A stretch of 64,000 bases of DNA from NCBI GenBank assembly GCA_963834965.1, contig CAWIEI010000002.1, positions 27,359 through 91,358 on the forward strand, written 5' to 3'. The notes below the pieces were generated by a model. The model worked only from the letters and a program-made list of their open reading frames with translations. It was not told the DNA's origin and ran no database searches. Source of the stretch: an uncultured Actinomycetota bacterium. Lineage in GTDB: Bacteria; Actinomycetota; Actinomycetes; Actinomycetales; Dermatophilaceae. The position numbers were made by a program, and so were the translations under genes. Below are positions 1-8,810 of the stretch, piece by piece (the stretch's first letter is position 1; each line of letters starts with the position of its first letter).

Positions 1-200
1 GGGACGTCGGTGTTGTCGATCGTGGCGAGCGTCTCGCCGATGAGGTCGCCGGTCTGCCCCCACCCGGAGCCGAGCACCAGGGCCACGTCGTGGCGCTCCA
101 CGCCGGTGCGCTCGCGGATGACGGCGGCGGCGGCGTCGGCGACCGCGAACGGGTCGGTCGCGGGGTCGGAGAGGTCGTGGGCGGCAACGGTGTCGGTCAC
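1..200 (-). CDS. punA: Purine nucleoside phosphorylase, N-terminal part (runs off the window)
   Basis: Manual translation MTDTVAAHDL...RHDVALVLGSGWG carries the PNP signature; TACGCT -10 lies 7 nt upstream of the GTG; usual position near lpdA. Confidence 0.85.
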   Translation of the reverse strand, partial: MTDTVAAHDLSDPATDPFAVADAAAAVIRERTGVERHDVALVLGSGWGQTGDLIGETLATIDNTDV

Positions 201-274
201 GCACGGCAGCGTAGCGAGGCAGCCGGATGCCGGGCGACGCGTGGGTGCCCGACCCCGCCGGCCGCTGCACCCCG

Positions 275-343
275 ACTTCGTGCGACGTGGGTGCGGGTAT
301 TGCGGCGTGCAGAGCCAGAAACCGCACCCACGTCGCACGAAGT
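275..343. repeat. Palindromic element family I, copy 1
   Basis: Perfect 22-bp arms ACTTCGTGCGACGTGGGTGCGG / CCGCACCCACGTCGCACGAAGT; 69 nt long. Confidence 0.9.
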
Positions 344-443
344 GCGCGAGCTATCGGGGCGCGGTCGGGAGGTCCGAGCGGGAGGAGGCGTCCGGCATCC
401 GCGCCTGACGGAGGCAACTCGTCGAAACTTTGTCGAGGGAAGT

Positions 444-470
444 GCATCCAGCGAAGAGCCGGCGGCGGAA
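444..470 (+). promoter_or_regulatory. Possible SigK-type ECF promoter
   Basis: GCATCC-N16-CGGAA upstream of an MPT83/MPT70-like gene, resembling the SigK consensus CCATCC...CCGAA. Confidence 0.4.
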
Positions 471-516
471 GAAGGGGTGTCAGACCACCTCCGTACTTTC
501 GAAAGGACCTCCCGCC

Positions 517-1095
517 ATGCGACGCATCCTCCCCGTGGCCGCCGTCATCGCCCTCGCCATCACCACCGCCGCCTGTGGCAGCAGCGACGCCGACACCGCC
601 GCCAGCAGCGCGGCCCCGGCCACCACCTCCGCCGCACCCTCGCCCTCGCCGAGCGAGTCGATGGCCACCGCCGACATCGTCGACACCGCCGTCGCGGCCG
701 GCAACTTCACGACGCTGGCTGCCGCGCTCACCGCGGCCGGCCTGGTCGACACCCTCAAGGGCGCCGGGCCGTTCACCGTCTTCGCCCCGACGGACGACGC
801 CTTCGCCAAGCTGCCCGCGGGCACCGTCGACACCCTGCTGAAGGACCCCAAGGGCGACCTCACCCAGATCCTGACCTACCACGTCGTGCCCGGAAAGGTG
901 ATGGCCGCCGACGTGGCCAAGCTCGACGGCCAGAAGGTCAAGACCCTGCAAGGCGGTGAGCTCACCGTCGGCGTCAACGGCGACAAGGTCACCCTCACCG
1001 ACGCCGCCGGCAACACCGTGAACGTCACCACGGTCGACGTCCCGGCGAGCAACGGCGTCATCCACGTCATCGACGGGGTGCTGATGCCCAAGTGA
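517..1095 (+). CDS. Fasciclin (FAS1) domain lipoprotein, MPT83/MPB70-like
   Basis: Lipobox TAAC; motifs [29 protein letters not shown]; RBS GAAAGGA. Confidence 0.93.
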   Translation: MRRILPVAAVIALAITTAACGSSDADTAASSAAPATTSAAPSPSPSESMATADIVDTAVAAGNFTTLAAALTAAGLVDTLKGAGPFTVFAPTDDAFAKLPAGTVDTLLKDPKGDLTQILTYHVVPGKVMAADVAKLDGQKVKTLQGGELTVGVNGDKVTLTDAAGNTVNVTTVDVPASNGVIHVIDGVLMPK

Positions 1096-1156
1096 CCTGA
1101 GCACCCGAGCGGGGGTACGCCCCCCGCACCGCACCCATTGCTCGTCACGACGCCCG

Positions 1157-1225
1157 ACTTCGTGCGACTTGCACTCGGTTTCGCAGCCTCCGGGCCGTGA
1201 GAACCGTAGGCAAGTCGCACGAAGT
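1157..1225. repeat. Palindromic element family I, copy 2
   Basis: Arms ACTTCGTGCGACTTGC / GCAAGTCGCACGAAGT; same 69-nt length and same cccg/gcg flanks as copy 1. Confidence 0.9.
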
Positions 1226-1239
1226 GCGTCGTGGGCCCG

Positions 1240-2289
1240 TCAGGGGGCGACGGCGAGGGCGGCGTCGCCACGGGGGGACAGGCTGACCGGGTCGCCCGCC
1301 GCGAACCCCGTGACCTCGGTGTTGGGCACCTGCACGGTGACCAGGGTGCCGTCCGGGGTGCGCACGATGACCCGGCCGTGGCCGCCGAGGAAGCTGGCGC
1401 TGACCACGGATGCCGTGCCGTCGGCCGAGTGCTCGACGTGCACCCCCTCGGGCCGCACCAGCACCAGCGCCTCGGGCCCGGTCGCCGAGCCCGGCAGCAG
1501 CGGCACGCTGCCGCCCAGGAGAAAGGCCGTGGTGCCGTCGACGCGGGCCCGCACGCGGTTGGTCAGGCCCACGAAGTCGGCCACGAAGGGAGTCTGCGGG
1601 GCGCTGTAGAGCTCGGCCGGCGGCGCCAGCTGCTCGAGCCGGCCCACCGACATCACCCCGACCCGGTCGGCGACGGCGAGCGCCTCCTCCTGGTCGTGGG
1701 TGACGAACAACGTGGTGGTGCCGACCTCGAGCTGGATGCGGCGGATCTCGTCGCGCAGCTGGGTTCGCACCTTGGCGTCGAGCGCCGACAGGGGCTCGTC
1801 GAGCAACAGCACCTGCGGCTCGATGGCCAGTGCCCGCGCCAGGGCGACCCGTTGTTGCTGGCCGCCCGAGAGCTGGTGCGCGTACTTGTCGGCGTGCTCG
1901 TCGAGCCCGACGAGGTCGAGCATCTCGGCGGTGCGAGCCCGCCGGGTCGCCTTGTCGCGCCCACGCAGCTCGAGGCCGAACTCGACGTTCTGCCTGGCCG
2001 TCATGTGCGGGAAGAGGCTGTACGCCTGGAACACCATCCCCATGTCGCGCTTGTTCGCCGGCACCGAGGTCAGGTCGCGGCCGCCGACCTCGACGGTGCC
2101 CGAGTCGGGGTCCTCGAGCCCGGCCAGGCAGCGCAGCGCGGTGGTCTTGCCGCAGCCCGACGGGCCGAGCAGGGCGACGAACTCGCCGGGCTCGATGTGC
2201 AGGGTGAGCCCGTCGAGGGCCGCCACCCCGCCGTAGACGCGGTGCAGGTCGGTGAGGCGCACGGCGGTGCCGCGGCTGGTCTCGGTCAT
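1240..2289 (-). CDS. ABC transporter ATP-binding protein (PotA/FbpC-like, TOBE domain)
   Basis: GPSGCGKT, LSGGQQQRV, LLLDEP. Confidence 0.93.
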   Translation of the reverse strand: MTETSRGTAVRLTDLHRVYGGVAALDGLTLHIEPGEFVALLGPSGCGKTTALRCLAGLEDPDSGTVEVGGRDLTSVPANKRDMGMVFQAYSLFPHMTARQNVEFGLELRGRDKATRRARTAEMLDLVGLDEHADKYAHQLSGGQQQRVALARALAIEPQVLLLDEPLSALDAKVRTQLRDEIRRIQLEVGTTTLFVTHDQEEALAVADRVGVMSVGRLEQLAPPAELYSAPQTPFVADFVGLTNRVRARVDGTTAFLLGGSVPLLPGSATGPEALVLVRPEGVHVEHSADGTASVVSASFLGGHGRVIVRTPDGTLVTVQVPNTEVTGFAAGDPVSLSPRGDAALAVAP

Positions 2290-3149
2290 GCGGCGGCATC
2301 CTTGCGGTCGGCGCGAAAACGTCGGAGTCGGGCGACGGGGGAGCTGCCGGCGGTGCTGCTGCCCACGAACGACATCGCGAACAGCACCCCGAAGGCGAAG
2401 GCCAGGGCGAGCAGGCCCACCGCCACCGAGATCTTCGCGTCGGACTTGCCGAGCTCGTACATCGCCACCTGGAGGTTCTTCTTGCTGAACAGGCTCGCGA
2501 TGGTGAACTCGCCGAGCACCAGGGCCACGGACAGGAACGACGCCGAGAGCACCGACGAGCGCAGGTTGGGCAGCACGATGCGGCGCATCACGGTGAACCA
2601 CGACGCGCCCAGGGACCGGGCGGCCTCGGACAGGGTGCGCACGTCGATGGCGCGCAGCCCGGCATCGAGTGAGCGGTACGCGTACGGCAGCACGAGCACG
2701 ACGTAGACGAAGGACAGCAGCAGGGTCGAGGACCCGAAGAAGTAGTAGACCCACGCGTAGACCGGTGCCAGACCCACGACGAGCACGATCGCCGGCACGG
2801 TGAGCGGCAGCAGGCAGATGAACTCGACGGTGCGCGACAGGCCGGGCAGCCGCAGGCGCACCCACGTCATCGTCGGCACGAGGATGACGAGCATGACCAG
2901 CGGGGTGACGATCGCCAGGCCCACCGAGGCCAGGAACCCCTCGCGCAGCGCGGGGTAGTCGGTCGTGATCTTCCCGACGTCGACGAGGGTGGCCCAGGTG
3001 TCGGCGGTGTGGCCGTTGCCGCCGGGGCCCTGGGTGGTGAACTCGAGCGCGCCGAGCAGTGGCAGCAGGAAGAAGGTCACCGCGAGCGTGATCGCGCCCC
3101 AGCGGAAGGCGGTCTGCCGGCGCAGGTAGGCGGCGCGCTGCCCGCTCAT
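2286..3149 (-). CDS. ABC transporter permease
   Basis: Hydrophobic; EAARSLGA loop; 4-nt overlaps with both neighbours. Confidence 0.9.
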   Translation of the reverse strand: MSGQRAAYLRRQTAFRWGAITLAVTFFLLPLLGALEFTTQGPGGNGHTADTWATLVDVGKITTDYPALREGFLASVGLAIVTPLVMLVILVPTMTWVRLRLPGLSRTVEFICLLPLTVPAIVLVVGLAPVYAWVYYFFGSSTLLLSFVYVVLVLPYAYRSLDAGLRAIDVRTLSEAARSLGASWFTVMRRIVLPNLRSSVLSASFLSVALVLGEFTIASLFSKKNLQVAMYELGKSDAKISVAVGLLALAFAFGVLFAMSFVGSSTAGSSPVARLRRFRADRKDAAA

Positions 3150-4030
3150 CGCTGCATCCAGCGGCTGGCACGGCGGTCGAGGAACACGTAGGCCGTCATC
3201 ACCAGGGCGACGACGACGATCATCGCCAGGGCCATCGCCTTGCCGACGTTCTCCTGCCCCAGGATGACCTCCGAGCTCAGCGTTCCGGCGATCTGCAGTG
3301 GCAGCAGCGGGGTGCCCTGCGAGATGAGCGCCTTCGCGGTGGCGTAGGCGGAGAAGGCGTTGGTGAACAGCAGCAGCATCGCGCCGACGAACGACGGCAG
3401 CAGGATGGGGCCCGCGACCCGGCGCCAGAACGTCCAGGTCGTGCCCCCCAAGGTCTGGGTGGCCTCGCGCCACTGGGGGCGCAGCCCCTCGACCGCTGGC
3501 AGGAAGACGATGACCATGAGCGGGATCTGGAAGTAGAGGTAGACCAGCATCAGGCCCTTGTTCCAGCCGTAGAGCCAGAACCCGGTGCCGGTGTCGACGC
3601 CGACTCCGTTGAGCCAGGCGGTGATCAGGCCGGTCATGCCGAACGACGCCACGAACGCGAACGCCAGTGCCACACCGCCGAACTGGGCCAGCACGCCGCA
3701 CAGCGACGTGACGAACCGCTTGGTGACGCTGCTCGCCTTCGCCGTGCTCACGGCATACGCGAGGATGCCGCCGATCACGGCGCCGAAGAACGCGGTCACC
3801 GCCGAGAGCACCACGGAGTTGCGCAGCGCCCGGAGCACGGCGGGCGAGGTGAGCCCGTCGACGTTGGCCAGGGTGAAGCCGTTGTCGGTGCCGAGGAACG
3901 CGCCGACCAGCACCACGAGGGTCGGGATCAGCAGGAAGACCGTGGTGTACGCGAAGAAGGGGACGACGCCCAGGAGGGCACTCGACGGGCGACGCCGGCC
4001 GAGTGCCCTCCGTGCTGGGGCGTCAGCCAA
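3146..4030 (-). CDS. ABC transporter permease (start uncertain)
   Basis: TM segments and EATQTLGG loop; TTG start overlapping the binding-protein stop is assumed. Confidence 0.85.
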   Translation of the reverse strand: MADAPARRALGRRRPSSALLGVVPFFAYTTVFLLIPTLVVLVGAFLGTDNGFTLANVDGLTSPAVLRALRNSVVLSAVTAFFGAVIGGILAYAVSTAKASSVTKRFVTSLCGVLAQFGGVALAFAFVASFGMTGLITAWLNGVGVDTGTGFWLYGWNKGLMLVYLYFQIPLMVIVFLPAVEGLRPQWREATQTLGGTTWTFWRRVAGPILLPSFVGAMLLLFTNAFSAYATAKALISQGTPLLPLQIAGTLSSEVILGQENVGKAMALAMIVVVALVMTAYVFLDRRASRWMQR

Positions 4031-5171
4031 CGGCGTTGGCCCAGTTGGCGGCGAGGTAGGTCTTGCCGGACTCGGCATCGGCCTGCGTCGGCACGATCGG
4101 GGTGCCCTCCACCGGCGGCAGCGCGGCGGCCGCCGTGGCGTCGAGCGTGCCCGCGGTCTTCATGGCCTCGAAGCGGATCGGCCGGGCGCCACCCTTGAGC
4201 CAGAGGTTCTGGCCGGCGTCGGAGAAGAGGAACTCCTGCCACAGCCTGGCGGCCGCCGGGTGCGGGGCGTCGGCGTTCACCGCCTGGGAGTAGTAGCCGG
4301 CGATGACGGCCTCCTTGGGCACCATCACCTTCCAGGTCGGCAGCTTGGCCGTCTCGGCGGCGTTGAGGTAGTCCCAGTCGATGACCACCGGGGTCTGGCC
4401 GGACTCGATGGTCGCCGGGGTGGGGTCGACGGGCAGGAAGTTGCCGGCCTTGTTCAGCTGGCTGAAGAAGTCGACGCCCTTGGTGAGGTCACCGACCGTG
4501 CCGCCATTGGCGACCGACGCCATCTGCACGCCGGCGAAGGCCGCGCCCGCCTCGGTCGGGTTGCCGTTGAGGGCCACCTTGCCCTTGTACGCGGGCTTGA
4601 GCAGGTCGGCGACCGAGGTCGGTGCGGGCACCTTGGCCGAGTCGTAGCCGATGCCCATGTAGCCGCCGTAGTCGTTGACCCACAAGCCGGTCGGCTCCTT
4701 GAAGTCGGCGCCGATGTCCTTCCAGGTGGCGACCTGGTAGGGGGCGAACATGGCCGTGTTGGCCAGCGCGACGGCGGCGCCGAGGTCGAAGACGTCCGGC
4801 GCGCCCGACTGGCCCTTGAGCCGCTGGGCGGTGGAGATCTCGTCGGCGCTGCTGCCGTCGGGCTGGTCGCTGGTGATCTTGATCTCTGGGTACTTCGCCT
4901 GGAAGGCCTTGATGACCTCGCCGTAGTTGGCCCAGTTCGGCGGCAGGGCGATGACGTTCAGGGCGCCCTCCTTCTTCGCGGCCGCCTCGAGGGCGGCCAT
5001 CCCGCCGAAGGCCTCGGCGGACGTCGCGGTCTTGGCGTCGGCGGCGCCCGACGAGCCGGATGCCGCCGGCGTCGAGGCGTTGTCACTGGGCGGCGAGCAG
5101 GCGACCACGGTCGCCGCGGCGAAGCCGATCATCGCGAGGGCGCCTGCGCGCCGGGTGAAGGAGATGGTCAT
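4023..5171 (-). CDS. ABC transporter substrate-binding lipoprotein (polyamine/iron/thiamine class)
   Basis: Lipobox VVAC; EAAAKKEGAL and APHPAAARLWQEFL motifs; first gene of the operon. Confidence 0.88.
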   Translation of the reverse strand: MTISFTRRAGALAMIGFAAATVVACSPPSDNASTPAASGSSGAADAKTATSAEAFGGMAALEAAAKKEGALNVIALPPNWANYGEVIKAFQAKYPEIKITSDQPDGSSADEISTAQRLKGQSGAPDVFDLGAAVALANTAMFAPYQVATWKDIGADFKEPTGLWVNDYGGYMGIGYDSAKVPAPTSVADLLKPAYKGKVALNGNPTEAGAAFAGVQMASVANGGTVGDLTKGVDFFSQLNKAGNFLPVDPTPATIESGQTPVVIDWDYLNAAETAKLPTWKVMVPKEAVIAGYYSQAVNADAPHPAAARLWQEFLFSDAGQNLWLKGGARPIRFEAMKTAGTLDATAAAALPPVEGTPIVPTQADAESGKTYLAANWANAVG

Positions 5172-5431
5172 CGTGGACCTCCGAGTTCGGGGCGGCGAGT
5201 GCCGGGGCCTCGCAACGGGGGCCCTTTCGCACTCTAGGGAAACAGGTGAAGGTATGGAACCGCACCAATGTGTGTTCTGCGAGACGCAACTCAAACGTGA
5301 CCGCCGCTCCGGCAACCGTCCATCGCCGCACACCGTGCCGTTCACCCGGTGGTCGCTCCGGTCGACGCAGGGCGCCGGGCCACGCCGGAGCCGGCGTGGC
5401 CCGCCGGCCCGGCAGTGGTTGGATGGGCGTC

Positions 5432-6835
5432 GTGAGCGCGCGGTCGAGCAGAGTCGTCATCCTCGGTGGGGGGCCTGGTGGCTACGAGGCCGCCCTGGTG
5501 GCGGCGCACCTGGGCGCCGAGGTCACCGTCGTCGAGCGCGACGGGCTCGGCGGCGCCGCGGTGCTCACCGACTGCGTGCCCAGCAAGACGCTGATCTCGA
5601 CCGCCGACTACCTGAGCGACTTCGAGACCGCCCACGAGCTGGGCGTGCACCTCGAGGACGCCGAGGGCGACGAGGTCGCGGATGCCGTGGCCGACCTGCG
5701 CGAGGTCAACACCCGGGTGCTCGACCTCGCCGCCGCCCAGAGCGACGACATCGCGACCCGGCTCGCCGAGGTCGGCGTGCGGGTGCTCGCCGGGCGCGCG
5801 GTGCTCACCTCGCCCACCACGGTGCGCGCCGAGACCGCCGGCGGCGTGCTCGAGCTCGAGGCCGAGGTCGTTCTGGTCTCCACCGGCGCCACCCCGCGCG
5901 TCATGGACACGGCCCGCCCCGACGGCGAGCGCATCCTCACCTGGCAGCAGATCTACGACCTCGACACGCTGCCCGAGCGGCTCGTCGTCGTCGGCTCCGG
6001 CGTCACCGGCGCCGAGCTCGCCCAGGCCTACCTCGGCCTCGGTTCCGAGGTCGTGCTCGTCTCCTCGCGCGACCGGGTGCTGCCTGGCGAGGACCCCGAC
6101 GCCGCCCAGGTCATCGAGGACGTCTTCACCAAGCGCGGCATGGAGGTGCTCGGTCGCTCCCGGATGGCGGCCGTCGAGCGCACCGCCGACGGAGTCGTCG
6201 TGCGCCTCGAGGACGGCCGCGAGGTGCTCGGCTCCCACGCGCTGCTCGCCGTGGGGTCGGTGCCCCAGACGAGCGGCATCGGGCTCGAGGACGTCGGCGT
6301 CGAGGTCACGGCATCCGGGCACGTGGCGGTCGACCGCGTGTCGCGCACCTCGGTGCGCGGCGTCTACGCCGCCGGCGACTGCACCGGTGTGCTGCCGCTC
6401 GCGTCGGTCGCGGCGATGCAGGGCCGCATCGCGATGTCACACGCGTTGGGGGATGCCGTGGCGCCGCTGAACCTGCGCGTCGTGTCGGCCAACATCTTCA
6501 CCGACCCCGAGATCGCCACGGTCGGGGTGACCCAGAAGGACGTCGACGACGAGGTCGTCGACGCCGAGGTGCTCATGCTGCCGCTGTCGCGCAACCCGCG
6601 GGCGAAGATGCTCGGCATCGAGGACGGCTTCGTGAAGCTGTTCGCGCAGAAGGGTTCTGGCGCGGTCGTGGGTGGTGTGGTCGTCGCACCGCGCGCCTCC
6701 GAGCTGATCTTCCCGGTCACCCTGGCCGTGCAGCACCGGCTCAACGTCGACCAGGTTGCCTCGACCTTCACGGTCTACCCGTCGCTGTCCGGCTCGATCG
6801 CCGAGGCGGCGCGTCGCCTGCACGCAACGGACTGA
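5432..6835 (+). CDS. lpdA: NAD(P)H:quinone dehydrogenase (flavoprotein disulfide reductase family, Rv3303c-like)
   Basis: GGGPGG FAD motif; AVLTDCVPSK with a single Cys; YPSLSGS C-terminus; synteny with punA and bccA. Confidence 0.9.
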   Translation: MSARSSRVVILGGGPGGYEAALVAAHLGAEVTVVERDGLGGAAVLTDCVPSKTLISTADYLSDFETAHELGVHLEDAEGDEVADAVADLREVNTRVLDLAAAQSDDIATRLAEVGVRVLAGRAVLTSPTTVRAETAGGVLELEAEVVLVSTGATPRVMDTARPDGERILTWQQIYDLDTLPERLVVVGSGVTGAELAQAYLGLGSEVVLVSSRDRVLPGEDPDAAQVIEDVFTKRGMEVLGRSRMAAVERTADGVVVRLEDGREVLGSHALLAVGSVPQTSGIGLEDVGVEVTASGHVAVDRVSRTSVRGVYAAGDCTGVLPLASVAAMQGRIAMSHALGDAVAPLNLRVVSANIFTDPEIATVGVTQKDVDDEVVDAEVLMLPLSRNPRAKMLGIEDGFVKLFAQKGSGAVVGGVVVAPRASELIFPVTLAVQHRLNVDQVASTFTVYPSLSGSIAEAARRLHATD

Positions 6836-6911
6836 CCACCCCGGCCGATTCCGCACCCCGCTGGGTGACGATGTAACCCTTGTCCCACCGACCCGTACTG
6901 GAGTACACCCC

Positions 6912-7196
6912 ATGAAGATGATCCGGATGGCCGTCCTGGTCACCGCCGCCACGGTGGCCGTGACCAAGGCGAAGGAGTTCGCCCGCGACAACCCCGACCA
7001 GGCGTCGCGCACGCTCGACCAGGTGGAGTCGTTCGTGAGCAGCAAGGCCGGGCCGAAGTACGCGGACAAGGTGGGCAAGGGCGGGGCGGCGCTGCGCTCG
7101 AGCCTGGGCCTGCCGACGTCCTCGTCTGGCGGAACGGCTGGTCCGCCGCCGTCGTCGGCGCCCGGTGCGCCAACCGGCTTCGACCCCTCGATCTGA
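6912..7196 (+). CDS. Small protein, paralog 1 (MT0933/Rv0909 'antitoxin'-like)
   Basis: RBS GGAG; motif AKEFARDNPDQ...KAGPKYADKVGKG...LGLP. Confidence 0.75.
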   Translation: MKMIRMAVLVTAATVAVTKAKEFARDNPDQASRTLDQVESFVSSKAGPKYADKVGKGGAALRSSLGLPTSSSGGTAGPPPSSAPGAPTGFDPSI

Positions 7197-7301
7197 GCGG
7201 GCGCCCGGGCACCGGCGTGCCGATACCCCGAGTTCGGGGTGGGGCGCACGCCGGCGCGGCAGGATGGGTGGCCTGAGCACCCCTGTCCTGAGGAGCCTGC
7301 C

Positions 7302-7715
7302 ATGAAGAAGGTTCGAGCCGCTGCCCTCGTCGCCGTGGTCACCACCGTGGTGAGCCAGGCCCGCGACTACGCCCGCGACAACCCCGACCAGGCGGGCGCG
7401 GCCCTCGACCAGGTCGAGCGGTTCCTGCGCGGCAGGATGGCACCCAAGCACGGGGCGTACGTCGACAAGGTGGGCGCCGGGCTGCGGCAGGGGCTCGGGC
7501 TGCCGACCCGTGACGCCACTGCGCCGAAGGCACCTCGCGACGCCGGCGCACCACTCACCGACCCCGATCCGGAGACCGCCGAGCCGCGCGCGCCGCACGG
7601 GTTCCGCGACCCGGTCGCCCCGAACCCATCGCCGGGCACGAGTGACGACCCCCAGCCCCGCCGGTGGGACGACGACCCCGCGCCGCTGACGCCGGGGGAG
7701 CGACCCCGCCACTGA
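7302..7715 (+). CDS. Small protein, paralog 2, with Pro/Asp-rich tail
   Basis: RBS GAGGAG; motif ARDYARDNPDQ...YVDKVGAGLRQGLGLP. Confidence 0.75.
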   Translation: MKKVRAAALVAVVTTVVSQARDYARDNPDQAGAALDQVERFLRGRMAPKHGAYVDKVGAGLRQGLGLPTRDATAPKAPRDAGAPLTDPDPETAEPRAPHGFRDPVAPNPSPGTSDDPQPRRWDDDPAPLTPGERPRH

Positions 7716-7767
7716 CCGCCCGCCCGACCGGCCCGGGAAGTGCCAGCGGGGAGTGGACGGGTGCGCC

Positions 7768-7841
7768 TGGTGACATGCAGTCAGGCTTGCCTGCGTGATC
7801 GTCATGCCGGCGACGTGGCGGCCGGCGTTCGACTGCATGTC
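7768..7841. repeat. Palindromic element family IV, copy 1
   Basis: CTGGTGACATGCAGTC...GACTGCATGTC; a reversed copy lies at 44602-44676. Confidence 0.8.
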
Positions 7842-7949
7842 TGTGGACGCACCTCGAGCTGCAGCCGTCGACGCCCGAGCTGGGATCAGGAGCGGGTGGC
7901 GGCGTCCGTCGAGTGATGCAGGGTGCGCGATGGAGCCCGCTCTGTGCAT

Positions 7950-8051
7950 CACCTCCGGCCGGCAGGCCGGATCGAGGGGTCACAACATGCCCGGGATCCG
8001 CACCTCCGGCCGGCAGGCCGGATCGAGGGGTCACAACATGCCCGGGATCCG
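7950..8051 (+). repeat. Perfect 51-bp tandem duplication
   Basis: CACCTCCGGCCGGCAGGCCGGATCGAGGGGTCACAACATGCCCGGGATCCG occurs twice. Confidence 0.95.
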
Positions 8052-8086
8052 CACATCTCACGGGCATGTTGTGACCGGTCGACTGG
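8023..8086. repeat. Palindromic element family II, copy 1
   Basis: Hairpin GGTCACAACATGCCCG...CGGGCATGTTGTGACC followed by GGTCGACTGG; homologous to 48358-48420. Confidence 0.88.
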
Positions 8087-8214
8087 CTCGCCCCACCTCC
8101 GACATCCGGCGCCCGGCATCCGGCCGACCGGTGCGTCAGCGCGGAGCTCCGGCCACCACGTCGCGGGTTACGGTGACAGACCGGCACGACCGACCCCGAC
8201 GGAAGGACCGCCCG

Positions 8215-8433
8215 ATGGCCAAGCTCCCCTCGAAGGCGCTCATCGCCATGGCTGGGACCGCCGGGGTCAGGGCCCGCGACCACGCGAGGAGGAACCCGCA
8301 CACGGTCGAGCAGGCGCTCGCGACGGTGCAGGGCGGCGTCAGTCGCCGCACCAACGGCAGGTACGACACCCACCTGGCCACGGGGTCGACGGCGGTGCGC
8401 AAGGGACTGGGGATGCCGGAGGGTCCGCGATGA
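8215..8433 (+). CDS. Small protein, paralog 3
   Basis: RBS GAAGGA; motif ARDHARRNP...RTNGRYD...VRKGLGMP. Confidence 0.7.
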   Translation: MAKLPSKALIAMAGTAGVRARDHARRNPHTVEQALATVQGGVSRRTNGRYDTHLATGSTAVRKGLGMPEGPR

Positions 8434-8705
8434 CCGAGCAGCCAGTCCCCGGTGCGCCCTCCCAGCCGCCCGACCACGTGCCCACCACCCCTGACCCCAC
8501 CACCCCCGACCCCGCCACCCCTGACCCCGCCGGACCGGTGCCGCCCGCGCCGGTTCCCGACCCCGGGAGCCCGCCAGCGCCTGGCCCCGACGTGCCGGCC
8601 CCGAGCCCGCTGCCGTCGTCTCCCGACGACCCGCAGCCCGGGCGCGGGCCGGACGAGCCCGGTCCGATCATTCCGGGGGAGCCCACGCCCGCGCCCCCGC
8701 TCTGA
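8430..8705 (+). CDS. Pro-rich small protein resembling the tail of paralog 2
   Basis: ATGA overlap with the upstream stop; PDDPQPGRGPDEPGPIIPGEP versus SDDPQPRRWDDDPAPLTPGER. Confidence 0.6.
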   Translation: MTEQPVPGAPSQPPDHVPTTPDPTTPDPATPDPAGPVPPAPVPDPGSPPAPGPDVPAPSPLPSSPDDPQPGRGPDEPGPIIPGEPTPAPPL

Positions 8706-8810
8706 CCTCGCTGGCGGCACGCGGCGCCGCCGCTGCCCGCCGTCGGGGTCGGTGCGGTGCTCCGGCCCACCGCGTGGGACGATGGACCCATCGAAAGGCG
8801 GGTGCATCGC

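Noticed and set aside
7795-8214. N-terminal extensions of ORFs 7795-8433 and 7923-8705 with repeated peptides
   Set aside because: They result from reading through the 51-bp duplication; better-supported starts are at 8215 and 8430
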